NCBI GenBank assembly: GCA_036172245.1
Contig: JAYWIR010000001.1
Location: forward strand, 4,464,001 to 4,528,000
Direction of reading: 5' to 3'
Length of the DNA: 64,000 nucleotides
DNA from: Raillietiella orientalis
Lineage: Eukaryota
Program-made: the position numbers and the translations under genes
Shown here: positions 23,901 through 37,400 of the stretch, piece by piece
Position numbering within the stretch: the first letter of the stretch is position 1
Layout: every line of letters begins with the position of its first letter
The notes under the pieces: generated by a model
Told to the model about the DNA's origin: nothing
Databases searched by the model: none
Seen by the model: only the letters and a program-made list of their open reading frames with translations

Positions 23901-26077
23901 CCAGATCAACATTTAGAGAGCCAGATACAAGAGCAGAAGGGAAGAGTTGCACTGCGGAGGAATAACCTATGGGAGCTCTTCATGGATTTTTTTTTTTTTT
24001 TTCTTTCAAAACCGCAAAGATGTAACACTATGCGGATTGGTTTAACTTCACAAAGCCACGAATTGCATGTGGCTTTTGTATGCAAAACCCGTCGCCGTTC
24101 TTTCACAGCTCCTTGCGCAAATCAATTACAAAACGACAGCAGCCTTTTCGAAAAGAGACCGCGGTTTCGCAAAACCATCCCACTAAGGCAGCAGAGCATT
24201 CGCGTGCCAAAGCGGTGGGTGGGTGTATTCGAGCAAAGGCTCAGCGACTCGGTCCACGGGCCATCATCCCCAGTAGAGGTGGATGACGTGAGTAATGGGT
24301 TACAGTTACTGTTTGCCGAGCACTCTAGACGTAATTGTTATTATTACGTCTATTACTCCCTATTCAATCAACAGTAATAATGCCAGAACGCATTTACATT
24401 AAAATTGCTCCTTGAGCCCCAAACATTTCTTGTTTCCTGGATACGGAACAGGAAACAGGATGTGGGTCGCGATAAATAGCACTTGTAGTTACGGGAAAAC
24501 AGGGAAGAGGTGTCGAAAAATTTTCCCGCCATCTTGAGTCTTCGTTTGTTGATGAAGCTTCTATCATTGCTTCAGCCATGGCATCCCAGGACGTGTGCCG
24601 CATGATGGCAGCGGCAGCATCCGACCCTATTTCAGGGCTGGGAGCAGCAACTTCCTTCATGGTTGTTCAGCGTGAATGTAAACAAGTGTTCAGACAAGCA
24701 AACTTTTGGCACAGCAATTGCTTAAGCTGAAATTTCTAACCACATGAGTTCGCAGCCATAACCGTCTCTGCACAATTCATCCGCCGGAGCAATTTACAAT
24801 TCCACTTTTTTTTTCCTTTTTTTTTCTTTCGCAATCCCATGGTGCAAAAGTGGAAGCACCACTTGCATCCAAATTACTCTCTGATGCGAAGTTGGTCAGC
24901 ATAAGCAAGATACTTTCAGATGCTAGAGACTTTCCAAAGGCAGCATTCACAATTTAGAGTCAAATAACCAATTTGAACTTCAGAGGAAGAGTACATGGGG
25001 CACTGCTCCCTGCGTGAGCTTGAATTTCATCAGTCTCTTTCTTCAAAAAACCTAGGATGGGGAACCCAGAAGCAGCAGAGAAGAGGGATGTTCCAACTCC
25101 CAGTTAGATGTTCAGTGGGGCCCCCAAAACTGTTGTGCAACTGCTCTGTTACCACCACATGGAGTTGTGGGGGTACATTCCTGCCACGGGAATCCTTATC
25201 AAGTGTGTCTGCAATCTCCTGCTCCTGCTCCCCTAGCAACTCGTAGAGGATTTCTGAAATGGGATGGCCACCACACTCTGCTTACTTGTGCACGGTAAGC
25301 TCAAAACACATCACACACTTCCCGTTCTTGAGAGCATATGCAGTAATAATTTCCCGATCAAGCCGATGGATATGTGCACGAGGCTAGCCCAACCAGGAGG
25401 TGATACAGGAAGGTTGAAGCAGCTACCTAAAGTTCCTCCCATTAGCCCGCTGGCATCTGCATGACTAGAGAATCATCCAGGCAAAGATTGGAACTCGCCT
25501 AATTCAAGTCCGAGTATCAATCAACTGGATGCCACAATAAAAGCCGCAAGCCGTCTGAATTGGCAACTCTAAGCTGTAAATACAAGTCTGCAGCATCATG
25601 TGATTTCATCTGCAGAGGTTCCTCGAATTCCACTCAAGGAATAATTATGCTCCGGGAAGCAAGCCTCCTCTATTCGATAAGCCCAGGCAGTGTCATATTC
25701 AAAATCGCCGGCTGATCAGATCCCAGACACTTCCGGGAAGTTTTCCTAGAGAGCCTCATCAAACATGGACCACTTCGTACACAGGATTACTGAAAATCCT
25801 GACGAAAATGAAAATGAACAACGGAATGCCTTCTGAAGCAAATCCCTATTCAATCAACACGATTCCTTGTTTTCATTTCTTCATCTTTCCCTTTCATCTT
25901 TAAAGCTGCACTGATTTCTGTGCATTTTGGTTTTTAGTTTGATGTCAAATTACCACAGGAGCATTTCAGTCTCCCGGGACAAAAGAAACAACAACAAAAA
26001 AAAAAAAGGAAGGGCAGTGCACATCCAAATGCTATGCTTAGTCATAGCGTCGTTCCTCCCTACAGCCCCGTCGCGCG

Positions 26078-26173
26078 CCAATTTCGGTGGCGGACGGAGC
26101 AGTGAGCGCTCGCGCAGCCAATCAAAAAGCTCAGTGCGCTCGGCGGCAAGGCCCGACGATCGCTCCTATTTAA
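26078..26173 (+). promoter_or_regulatory. Histone gene promoter: two CCAAT boxes and TATA-like box
   Basis: CCAAT at 26078-26082 and 26118-26122 (40 bp apart), TATTTAA at 26167-26173, about 100 nt upstream of the H2A ATG. Confidence 0.7.
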
Positions 26174-26256
26174 GGCCGCTGCGAGGCGTGGTGCTCAATC
26201 TGTGTTGTGGTTACCCCTGAACGTAGTTGAGGTCGTCGTTGCCAGCGTCAGTGTAG

Positions 26257-26646
<390 letters not shown>

Positions 26647-26662
26647 GGCAGCACCTAATGAA

Positions 26663-26678
26663 GGCCCTTTTCAGGGCC
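26663..26678 (+). promoter_or_regulatory. Histone mRNA 3' stem-loop (SLBP site)
   Basis: GGCCCT-TTTC-AGGGCC 16 nt after the stop, followed by ACAA and a purine-rich CAGGGGAGG (~26689-26697) at the histone downstream element position. Confidence 0.95.
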
Positions 26679-27099
26679 ACAACTTGTTCAGGGGAGGTTG
26701 ACACCGGCATTGTGCGCCCGTTTGCTCGCTTCATAGGGAAACAGGCTGTTGGTCGAAAGTGAAATGGGTCCCGGGGCGCTGTCGCTGCATTCCCGCTTGA
26801 AGTCCGCGGTGCGTACGACCTCCCTTTGCGAGGGGCGTGCAGTGCAGCGATTGAGGCGAGGTGCTGAAGGCCGGTCAGTGGGGTGTTGGCGTGCTGGCTG
26901 TTAAGCAGCGCCCAGAAAGGTGGTCTGCCGTTCGAGTTGCGTGGACAGCGTTGCTGTCCAAGTCGGGGTCGTCCTTCGGGACATGGGAGCGTCGATCCAG
27001 CTCGTTCCCCGATGAGTTAAATCGCTCCCCCTATGGACTTGATCTGCCTAACGGATTTCCAGGCAACCCTCTGACAGCGTCGAAATGAATCGTTGGGAA

Positions 27100-29600
27100 G
27101 GGCTGGGTCGTTAAGTTCCACTTTTCAAACGGTCAGTTATCGTTATCATTTGGGGCAGAGCCCTATCACTGCATGCGTGTTGCTTGCGGTCACCTCATAG
27201 AGTACATCTGAGGTGTCGATGACGCCCAAACGAAGACCACCTGGTTTTCCTGGAAAGAGGTGGATGGAACAGCTGTAATCCTTTCTATGCCTAGGAAGGG
27301 CATAGAAGATGCCGAGGTAGTCATGGCAAATGAGTTGGCCGCATCCGCAACACAAGCAGCTCTTTTTGCAGCATCCGCTTCCAGTCTATGCGTCGTCTCC
27401 TTTATCCGCCAGTCCTTCATCTGACCGGCAGCTCTGTAGGGGAATTTATGCGGGCCACTTCCGTGGCTTTGACAGTGGGCCGCTAAACCCCAGCGTTCGC
27501 AGCCGGGCTGAAGCTTGTCGACTGCTGTCAAGACCTCCCTCACCCTGGGGCCCGTCATGAAGTATCTTCTGCGGAAGCACTTGTCAAACTCCCAACAAGT
27601 TTCAACTGCGAGTCGCATCTCTGGGCGTCGCTCATGCCCTGCTGATTCGTCTGTTCCTGTCAGCAGCGAGCATCTCGCCCCGCTGGGTCCCCGACGTGCA
27701 AGCAGGAGGGCATGCAACTTGTGCCTAAAACGCCTGTTTCTTTCTCCCCTGTCGTGGGGTACGAGGTGGCACATTGGCCGTCACCACCATCTTGGTCGAT
27801 GGAAAGCGTTGGGAAATGGGGCGCGAGGTCCCCGGACATTCCGGAATCTCATGCGTGGATTTTCGACATCACAGTGGAGAGCGCGAGGCTGCTGCACTCC
27901 ATGCTGCATTCCGTAACGCTGACATCAGAAACGGCATCTGCTGCGGGCAGCCGCGAGCTCCCGTTCTGGAACGAGAAGGGAAGAAGTGGCGTTTTGGGGT
28001 TGGAAAGGCGACGGAGAGGGAAACAGTTCAGACAAGATGGGAAGAGATCTACTGGCCGTAACGGCATAATGATGTAACATAATGATCTCGTCTTTGACTG
28101 CTTCGTTTCTGTTCTGCAACCACCTGGAAGGCCACGGGCAACAACGGCTACGATCCGGAAACAAGAAATCGACAAGGTTTTGATGAATTCAAATCATTAA
28201 GTTGGGTTTGATTTCTCTATCAGCGCCCTGCTGAAGCTGTGCAAAAGCATTCAGGAGATTGCAAGCACGGGAACACGCAAAGAACCACAACTTGGAATCG
28301 GTTGTCAGCGTATGAGCCAAAAGAAGCTTGATGGTGAGCTTGAAGTCATCCCACTTAGAACTTTGATTACAAACCAACGGATGTTGCACCTCTAGTGTTC
28401 TGGTTGGCACTTATGGAGCGCCCCAACGTATGCATGGGGTGGGAAGGATCCTTCAGACTGTCTGAGATATCTTCCTTAATGAAATGAGGGCGGATGCAAA
28501 AAAATCTCGAGTTTGGTCAAAATGTATTCTTAAGATATTTTTAGCATTAACTGAATAAATTTTAAATCCAGGAAGAGGAAGCAGCTGCGATAAAGGATAC
28601 GTATAAATTTGAAGGCTTTCAAACAGGGTTCGTGTAATAATTCCTCTGCTTGATGTAATAAGCTGTTAGGGAGATCAGACAGCTGAATGATGAATTTAGA
28701 ATCAATATCATCCCACGTGAATGCAGTGGCGATTACTGAAACTCGTGCTCAGTTTCAACAGTACACAAAAAAACCTCGTGGCAAGATTCCCTAGCGGAAG
28801 AAGAAGGAATCATTTCTGTGGCAATACCGTTTCATGGACCATCCTAGCATGGGATCACCTCCTTAACCCTGCAGTTAAATCATATCTACGATCAGGATAA
28901 GGAACTGTCTATCCAAATCAGTCGAGCACTTTGAGTGTGATTCTAAGAATGCCGCGCACACAGGGGATAAAAAAAAAATGCATCTGAAGCGCCAGACAAT
29001 AGGGAAAAGAAGATTGCATGTGAGACTCCAGTTTCATGGACTCCAGACAATGGATAAACATTGAAGCTACAGCAGCATCGAGAATTCTTTCAGAGGATAA
29101 TCAGTGCGAAAGCATCGGAAAAGCACTCACTACTTTACGACAAACAAGTCCAAAGGAGGTCTTTAAGGTGTCCTCCAGTTTGTTCGAGTTATCAAATTCC
29201 TCAACGATGGCAAGCATTTTTATTCCACAGACATGCCATATTCTTTCGAGAGCTGATGAAGCGAGCCCTCCAACTGCTTTTGTATAGCAAAGCATGATTT
29301 TTTTTTTCTCATTACGGGGTTCATATTACCAAGTAATCGAATATCTCAAGAAGATAGAACGAAGGAAGCAGGTCGAAGGTAGTTTGCCATTACTCAGTAC
29401 TGATTGGCCATTTCTTCTATGGCTTCTTCCCAATGCAAATATCTATAGCTCTGCTTCAGCGGTATCCTTTCTCATCTATTTCAATAGAGTTTTCTCCAGC
29501 ACTGGCTCCTGCTAAAGCTTCTAGAAACCCTTACAAATGAGATACGTTCCTTTTGATAACAAAAATGATCTTAAACATTGAATCCCAAATTTTATATGGA
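27100..29600 (-). mobile_element. Decayed non-LTR retrotransposon (RT plus C-terminal CCHC-type knuckle)
   Basis: Broken motifs in order on minus strand: KVLD (~KxLE, ~28925), CLKAF (~DxxKAFD, ~28620), GAP (~GVPQG, ~28420), KWDDF (~YxDD, ~28348), and CGCG...HLLCP (~27345-27298). Confidence 0.5.
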
Positions 29601-31666
29601 CTGTGATAGGGACTGTTTGTGCGGATGTACAAATTTTTGTTCGTCGAGTATGGTTTGAGGATTTTGCATAATGAGACCTTGAGAATTGCTATTATCTTAT
29701 TAAGCACCTGGGTTGCAGATCCATCAGATAGATACAGAATTTCAGGACTTGTCCTTATGTTCTTTGCCAGTTACATCCCATTGGTCTCTTGAAATAACGC
29801 ATGGTAGTTCGTATCTTTTAGTATTTTCCCTTTTATCTAATAAGGTACACTTACACTCACTAATGCTCATGTCTTCTGCTCAAAGTCAGAATCTTTTGAC
29901 CGTAATCACGATTTTTGCAGATCGCAAACCTTATCTAAACAGTTTCTCACAGATCCAAATTATTGTATTTGAAAAAAATCAGATTATTTGAGGATACTAT
30001 TAAATAAGCAACAAGGGACCTTTTTGAAGAGATCTTGTGTCAGTTTGGCATTATTTTACTAGAAGGATTAATCACAAAACAGATGAATTCATAAAGACTA
30101 AAATCTAGTTAAACCGAATTTTAAAATAAAGCTTATGTTTTCATTTTTCTTTGCTTGTATTTCTCCTTTTTTTAAATAGCTCCTTGGGGCTATATTATCC
30201 TAAGGGTGTTAATTTTTTCATTTTTATTACATTCATTTTTAAAATATTCTTAGACATCTGAAATTATGAAAACCCAACAGCACAGCTGCATCAGTTTAGC
30301 ACATTAGGTTCTGAGAGCAATTTGACCCATTACATGCTATTTACAGAATGCATTTCGAATGTAGAATCTAAATTTCAAATTTTGTATGGTCTGTAAAATC
30401 ATTTTTATTAAAAAGGATGTAGCATAATGATCTAAGTATATATTTCAACTCAGTATTCAATCTACATTCGTACTAAATAATCTTTTATGCTATGTAGAAT
30501 GCACTTCGATACTTTTGTTTCCACTTGCTAAAGTATTTAGGGACTCAGTAAACGTGGTGAAACATGAAAAACCGATATTTTTGATATTTTCTTAGAGCAG
30601 AGCAAGAGAGGATGCTTCCACCGTCAAGAGAAATTATTCCGAACTTTCTACTTGAACGATTTCAGGCATTTGATGTGCACTTGATATGCTTTTCTGTTCC
30701 TATATTTTATACTTCATTTGATAGGTAAACAAAGCCGAATAGACCATGCAGACCATTGTGAAAAGAAAAGTTATTAATTTTTGTCTCATCCAAGAACTCT
30801 CCAATTTTCTCCACTCCCCTTCCCTAGAAACTAGCATCTTTGTTGATTTCTCGACCAAAAAATGAACATTATTGTGTAGATGCTTTTGGAAACTGAATTT
30901 TAAATAATTCAAGGCTTCCAAATTCGAATTCGTCTTTTATAAAAAAAAAAATACAAACACGAGGAATTACACATATAAAAAATTCTACAAAAAAGATAAA
31001 TAAATTGCATTTTTTCACTTTCAGCAGCATGAACTGTAAACCAACTTTAGTATTGGGTTTTGCACTTGTAGTTCGGATATTCCATCAAGGATTCTTTCCC
31101 TTCCTAATTCTTACAAAATAAATGTTTCATTCGTTAGATCAATGTAATTGAATATGTTTTTCGGTGACTACTGAAAAAAGATAATTGTTCTTTCGTTTAG
31201 ACGTGTTTAAGTTTAGCCTTTAAAAAGTTTTCTTGGATTTTATGAAATCTTTATGCAAACATGCGAAAGTGATTCACGGGGAAACACAAGAAAAAAAAAA
31301 AAAAAAGTAAGACCAATCGTTTAGCTCGTTTGAAGATATCTTTGTATTCAGTTGTTTCCAAAATCAGTTTAAATTCATGTTTAGACTTTGTTATCCTTAC
31401 AGGTGTTGGGAAACCCCCATGCAGTTTGTTGTGAAGACGATGCTAGGTTCAGAATTTTTTTTTTTAAATTACGTACGATTTATACTCATGGTGACAATAA
31501 GTTAGTGTATTTTACTGGCTCAGTGCGTGATTGTGTGATTTGCTTTTGCCATAATTTACTGATTCGATTGCTTATGAGTTGGTGAATAAATAATCTCTTT
31601 CTGTTTTGCAAAGATGCATTTCTATGTTACTGCTGTTATTAAATTGAGATAAAGTATGAAGAAATA

Positions 31667-32918
31667 ATGAATCAAGTAATATGTAGAGAGCATCCAGATG
31701 CGCCACTTATTGAGGACTATCATGCTGGGGATATGATTTGTTCAGAATGCGGACTGGTAGTTGGTGACAGGTGTGTTCATTTCATTGCTTCTATAAATAT
31801 CAAGCTTGTCTAAAATGCCTCCATAAATATTAATGCTCCTATCAATTGGTAGGAGAAACTCAAAGCCCATAGCATAGAACATATGTAATGAAATCAGGTT
31901 TATGAAAACTCAGCAGAAAGAATCTTTTCCAGAGTAATTGATGTGGGGTCAGAGTGGCGCACATTTAGTGAAAAATCAGGAGACGATCCATGTCGAGTAG
32001 GAGCAGCCGAAAATCCTTTGCTGGGAAGTGGGGACTTATCAACCATGATTTCTGGAGGCAGAGGAGCTGCTGCTTACGATGAAATGGGAAATGCTAAATA
32101 TCAAAATAGACGCAATGTATGTAATGCATAATTCAATACATTGTTTGCTATGCAGCATTTTAGCTAACTGGATCAGAAAGAGCATTGTTGAATGCCTATC
32201 GTGAAATTGCCAACATGTGTGACCGTATCAATCTACCAAGGACTATTCAAGACAGAGCTGATGGTTTATTTAAACAAGTGCATGATGGCAAGAACTTAAA
32301 GGGCCGTAGCAATGATGCAATTGCATCAGCATGTTTATATATTGCATGTCGTCAAGAAGGTGTACCACGCACTTTTAAGGTAAAGACAATGCTTTTTAAC
32401 CATCTAATGATAACATAGGAGATCTGTGCAGTCAGCAAAGTGAGCAAAAAAGAAATTGGACGTTGTTTTAAGCTTATTTTGAAAGCTCTGGAAACAAGTG
32501 TGGATCTGATCACTACTGGAGATTTCATGTCTCGTTTCTGTTCCAATTTAGGTAAACAAGAATCAAAAAGTTATGAAACTTCTAACTTGATTGCAGGGCT
32601 GTCAAATATGGTACAACGTGCTGCGACCCATATAGCAAGACGTGCTGTGGAGCTAGACATTGTATCTGGTCGATCACCCATATCTGTAGCTGCAGCAGCT
32701 ATCTATATGGCTTCTCAAGTAAGAAAAAAAGTACCTTTTTACGACTTGCTTGCCAGGCTTCAGAAGATAAACGATCTCAAAAAGAGATTGGAGACATTGC
32801 TGGTGTGGCTGATGTTACCATTCGGCAATCTTACAAGCTCATGTATCCAAGAGCTCGTGAACTGTTTCCAGAAGGCTTTCAATTCACTACTCCAATTGAG
32901 CAGCTTCCTCAGATGTAG
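31667..32918 (+). CDS. GTF2B: Transcription initiation factor IIB, 6 exons, 306 aa as modelled
   Basis: Exons 31667-31770, 31933-32116, 32164-32379, 32419-32551, 32597-32718, 32757-32918 (921 nt, TAG). Zinc ribbon C-x2-[18 protein letters not shown], cyclin repeats [18 protein letters not shown] and [18 protein letters not shown] short upstream coding exon cannot be excluded. Confidence 0.96.
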
Positions 32919-32931
32919 TAAAACGTACATA

Positions 32932-34406
32932 TTATTGTGTGGCCGACTGCTCTAGTTTGCTGTGCATTCGTTCTCGCAAATATTGGTGCAATATATTGCG
33001 AATCTTGTGAGATGTATCTGAAGGCCACCAACCCTCATCTTCACTGCATCCTAGGGTTGGGGGTGCTTGTAACAATTCCTCTACTTCTGGCAAATGGATA
33101 TCACAGTACTAGAAATAAATAGCACATTCAATAGGCACATTTAGCGATAATAAGCATGTACCTGATAAGCTTCGAAGCAACATTCTGGTAACTGCCCCAC
33201 ACGGAGGCAATGTTGAGGGATTTTAGAGTTTGAAACAGATGATGCAGGGTTTCTTTTATGTGTGATATTGGCTCGATTACTATAAAGCACATGTGGTCGA
33301 TAACTTTTGACAGGAATATTCAAAGTTTTAGCCACTAGGAGTCATTACTATTAATTTCGGTAGCATTCAAAATCACCTTTCTTATTGACACGCATTTCTA
33401 GGACTTGATAAAAACGTGCGTCTGGTTCCTTTCTAGGGTCATATCCAAGTCGAACCCAAGCTTTAAGCCATGGTCCATTCAGAAAATAATATGCAACATG
33501 TGGTAAAAGACTCTTCAATGTTCCAGGGTCTGTCCAGCCCAAAAGTCCTAATATGGCTCGGCGTGTACATACAGGACGTTTTTGAAATAACTAACCCCAA
33601 ACTGCATACAGAAATAATACCATCTCACCTCTTGGAGTTTTTGAAGCCGTTCTTTTTCTTCTGACTGGATGTTGTCCATTTCTGGTTTAGAAGCTGGTAT
33701 CAAGGGTTCATCAAAAGCTAGCATTTGGCCTCTCGTCAGTTTTCGTTTGCGACATATGGGAAGGACTTCTTTGGACAGCTTTGCTTTAGTTGGAGATCTA
33801 TTGGTGAAATAATAACTCTAAAAGCAAGGATTCTCAACTGCAATGTAAAAGACTTACCACAGGTTTAACAAATCTGGAAAATGCAGGTGGAGGCAGAAAT
33901 AATGGCACAGATTGCTCCATCCACTTCTCATCTGGGATTCCTTTAGGAATAATATTCTGATAAAGTGATGACCATTGACCATTAGATTCCATTTTGAAAG
34001 GGAGGTATTGAAAATCTACCAGATCTATTAACAATGTTAACTAAGAAAACTATTATGATGATGTACTCACTCTTAAACACGTACATGCTTTGCACTTTGG
34101 CTAGTAGTCGAACTTTCTTTGGATCTGCTTTACAGACACTCAATACTAATCCTGTTGTAGGTACTTGCTCTGCGCAAGTGGGTTTACAATACAGATCATG
34201 ACGGAAACGTAGTTCTAAACGCCGTGTCGACCTTAAAAGACATTCCTACGAAATAGTGAAAAGACTTTTACTTGGCCTACTTTGCTGATAGCATTGAGTC
34301 CTCCAAGAGTTTCAAGCATATGCTCAACATTTTCTACAAATCCTGGATACTGGATACAAATCACTGACTTCAGAGCACTGAAGTTGATTATAGTTTCTTC
34401 AGCCAT
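32932..34406 (-). CDS. GTF3C5: General transcription factor IIIC subunit 5 (Tau95/Tfc1), 7 exons, 406 aa
   Basis: Exons 34406-34281, 34245-34071, 34024-33858, 33817-33629, 33590-33377, 33334-33162, 33108-32932 (1221 nt, TAA). Motifs IQYPGFVEN...[42 protein letters not shown]...[23 protein letters not shown]. The ATG directly follows a splice acceptor, implying a 5'UTR intron. Confidence 0.92.
33114..33119 (+). promoter_or_regulatory. Candidate polyadenylation signal of TFIIB, inside the last GTF3C5 intron
   Basis: First AATAAA on + strand after the TFIIB stop (about 195 nt downstream). Confidence 0.6.
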
Positions 34407-37400
34407 CTAGAAAAAGAATAGTCTGCTCTGTTAACAAAAGTAGCCTTCCAATTTGTTGCAAGGCCTCTATTAATTAAATCGTATCGAACAATGATGAGTT
34501 ACAAAATTCAAATTGAATCAATGAAATGCAATCAATTCAGAAACTGATTTTTTCAGAGAAACTTTAATTTGCTTATGCTGTTGAAGCAAATGAAAGAATC
34601 AATCACAGAAGAATAAAACATAAACACGAATCAACTCATTGGTTTGGTTATTCTTATGCTACTTATTTCCTAGAATCCTAACATGATTGTCTAGTTGAAT
34701 GGGACTATGAGATTCTGAAAGGAACTGAAAAATGAAAAACACAAACCTCAGACACATATACAAAGTAACAGCTTTTCATTTCCAATGCCTTAAAGAAACA
34801 AATACCAAAATGCATGGAGGGGCTACCATCACCAAAATACAATATGAATTCCAGGAATGTTAAAGATAGTCTGCAGACAAATTAACACAGTGAAATACTA
34901 ATTAAAATGATCCCTGCCACAGATCGATGTCTACATATCATCAATATCTAATATAATACTGTACTTCACTAATGTTTAAACAAATTTAAACATTCAAAAA
35001 TCACAATGTTCAACATAAAGTTTTCTCGTCTGATGGCTAGGTTGTAAACTTGTCTATACTTGTCATGGTCCTATTACATGTCCTCACTGAAACAAATTTT
35101 TGTTTCATTTCAAGCTGTCAATGATTACTGCCTTGATTTATTGTCCTTGATTTTTCAAAATTAGCATCCTTAAACATGTGTAAGTCACACTATTTTAAGA
35201 TAAAAGGAAACTATATTCAACATTAAAAACATGGGTAAGCTTCTTGATGTTACCTCTTAATACTTGGGAGTGCACTGCTTTACATTTAATCATCTCTAAA
35301 CCTTCATAGCAATCTATAAATTCACCAAGGAGGGGGAGAGACAGAGAAAAAAATGAATTTCTTGCTACAACCTAAATGCTGCATCTGTAAAAACTGGATG
35401 ACATGTACAGTGTGCTCTCATTATTTTGTTCTTTAAGGGGAAAAAAAATGCTGTATCTGTAGTGCAACAATACTTTTGGATAGCTTGCTCTCTACTCTTG
35501 ATTTTTCAAAAACAACAGCAAAACAGTCCTTTTCTTAAAAAGTCACTTCTTTTGTAACAAGTAATCCCAGACAGGAGCAGGGAAGACTACTCTTTTATGC
35601 TGTTTAACTTTTGCTCCTTGTGCTTGTTTCTTATATTTTAGTCCGTAGGATTGTGCTTCTAATGAAGTGTGAGATTTTGTATGCCATATTTCTCTTTAGA
35701 AAATTAAGGAATTGTCTGCCATATATTATATAAAAGAAAAGAAGCTAGTTTGTCTGCTTTATAACTTAAGTAGCTAAAATAAAGCTACATAGCAAACCAT
35801 TCAAAAAATTCCAAATTGCACCTAGAAATTTTTCATAATATTCTTGAAAGTCATAATTATTAAAAATGAAACCACGGCAATCGGGAAAAAAACATAAGAT
35901 CTGGGCAAAGTGAATTATTCCTTGTCTTCCAGGCAGCAAACCCTTTAACACTGAGATACTTGATTCTTAAATCACATTAAAAAAATTGCTAAAAATGATA
36001 TCAGACTTTCTACCTAATAAAAAGATTTCCAGAATTCACTCGGTACGGAATTCACTGTAAATTAGACTATTACCTAATTTCATGTGCAATTTGGGCATGG
36101 CTCCTGATGAAACTAAATGTGGCCTAAATTTCAAGTGCAACACTAAAGATAACACTAAAGCATAACCCTAAACATTTTTTCTGAAAGGGCGTGCTACACT
36201 TTAAAAGTATAAAATAAATATACTGTTTACGAAAATCATCGCTGAATTACAACAGCTAACATTTTCAGTTATCTGAAGCATATCATTACATATCGGTTCC
36301 ACTTATAAGATATTTTGGATCTTCCCATTCATAAATGATAAAACACATTTAATGTCGTAAATAATTGTGAAAAAATTAAACTACTCTTGCAGCATTTCCT
36401 CGTTTACAGCCACTTTTCATTGCCGATCTAATGCCTTCTACGTAATCAAAAGCGGGAGTTGCATTGCATGATAATCTGGAAATGAGTTTCGGGGAAAAAA
36501 ACATAATTTATCTACATAAGTAAATGTTATGAATGAAAGAAAAATTGAACGATTAATTTAAGGACTTCAGTACATAATGATCATCCTGTTTTAGACTTTC
36601 CTTTTCTGAAAGTGCTTGAATATAATGTTAAAAAAAAAAAAAAAGAATTATATGCACTTCCATGATCCTACTAGAATGCAGTTAAACATTTCATACATTC
36701 TCGATCCTCAATCGCTACAAAGATAAACTGCTTCTCTCTTGCCTCGCTATGAACACTGAAAAGCATGCCATCCCGTGCAACTACATCTTTACCCAGCACT
36801 CTCACAACACTCGTAATTTTAATTAACCAAGCATGGAAACTCACATGAAATTTTTCTCACGTTGCAAAGGTATTCTGGCCTTGTAAACAGTCCCAAAGAT
36901 GGTTTGTTGACTTTGTACTTCTGTTTCGTGTTGCGAGTGTTTATTCCATGTTTTTCTCAAGATTAACGCAGTTGCGGTATTTATTTCAACTGTACTGGGA
37001 TTTTGTGAATACAAAGAACGAGACGGGATACTCAGAGAAGCTGCCACCAGATTGTAGCTGACATTAGCAAAGTCCGTGATAAGAAATGAATTACGTATAC
37101 AAATAGTTATGACTTTCAGCAGCAAATTTTACCAAATAAGCGTACGGATGACTTCCTCCTAGCATCGTTACCAGAGCACGCAATCAGCTATAAATGTTTG
37201 TCAACGTTTTCAATACGGTATGATTTCGGAACATTATTGCTCTTCTAGGTTGATGCATTACCATAAGAAAAAAAAAAAAAAATCGTTGCACTGTATCAGT
37301 CGTCTGATAAGCTGCTTTACTATTAAAGGTAAAAATTTATAAAGGATATTTAAAATCAAACGCCATTTTATACCTTTGATTGCAAAAGTATAAAATCGTC

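Noticed and set aside
22350..25850. Possible further transposase or LINE endonuclease remnants
   Set aside because: Coding-like composition, but motifs are too weak to name a family by eye.
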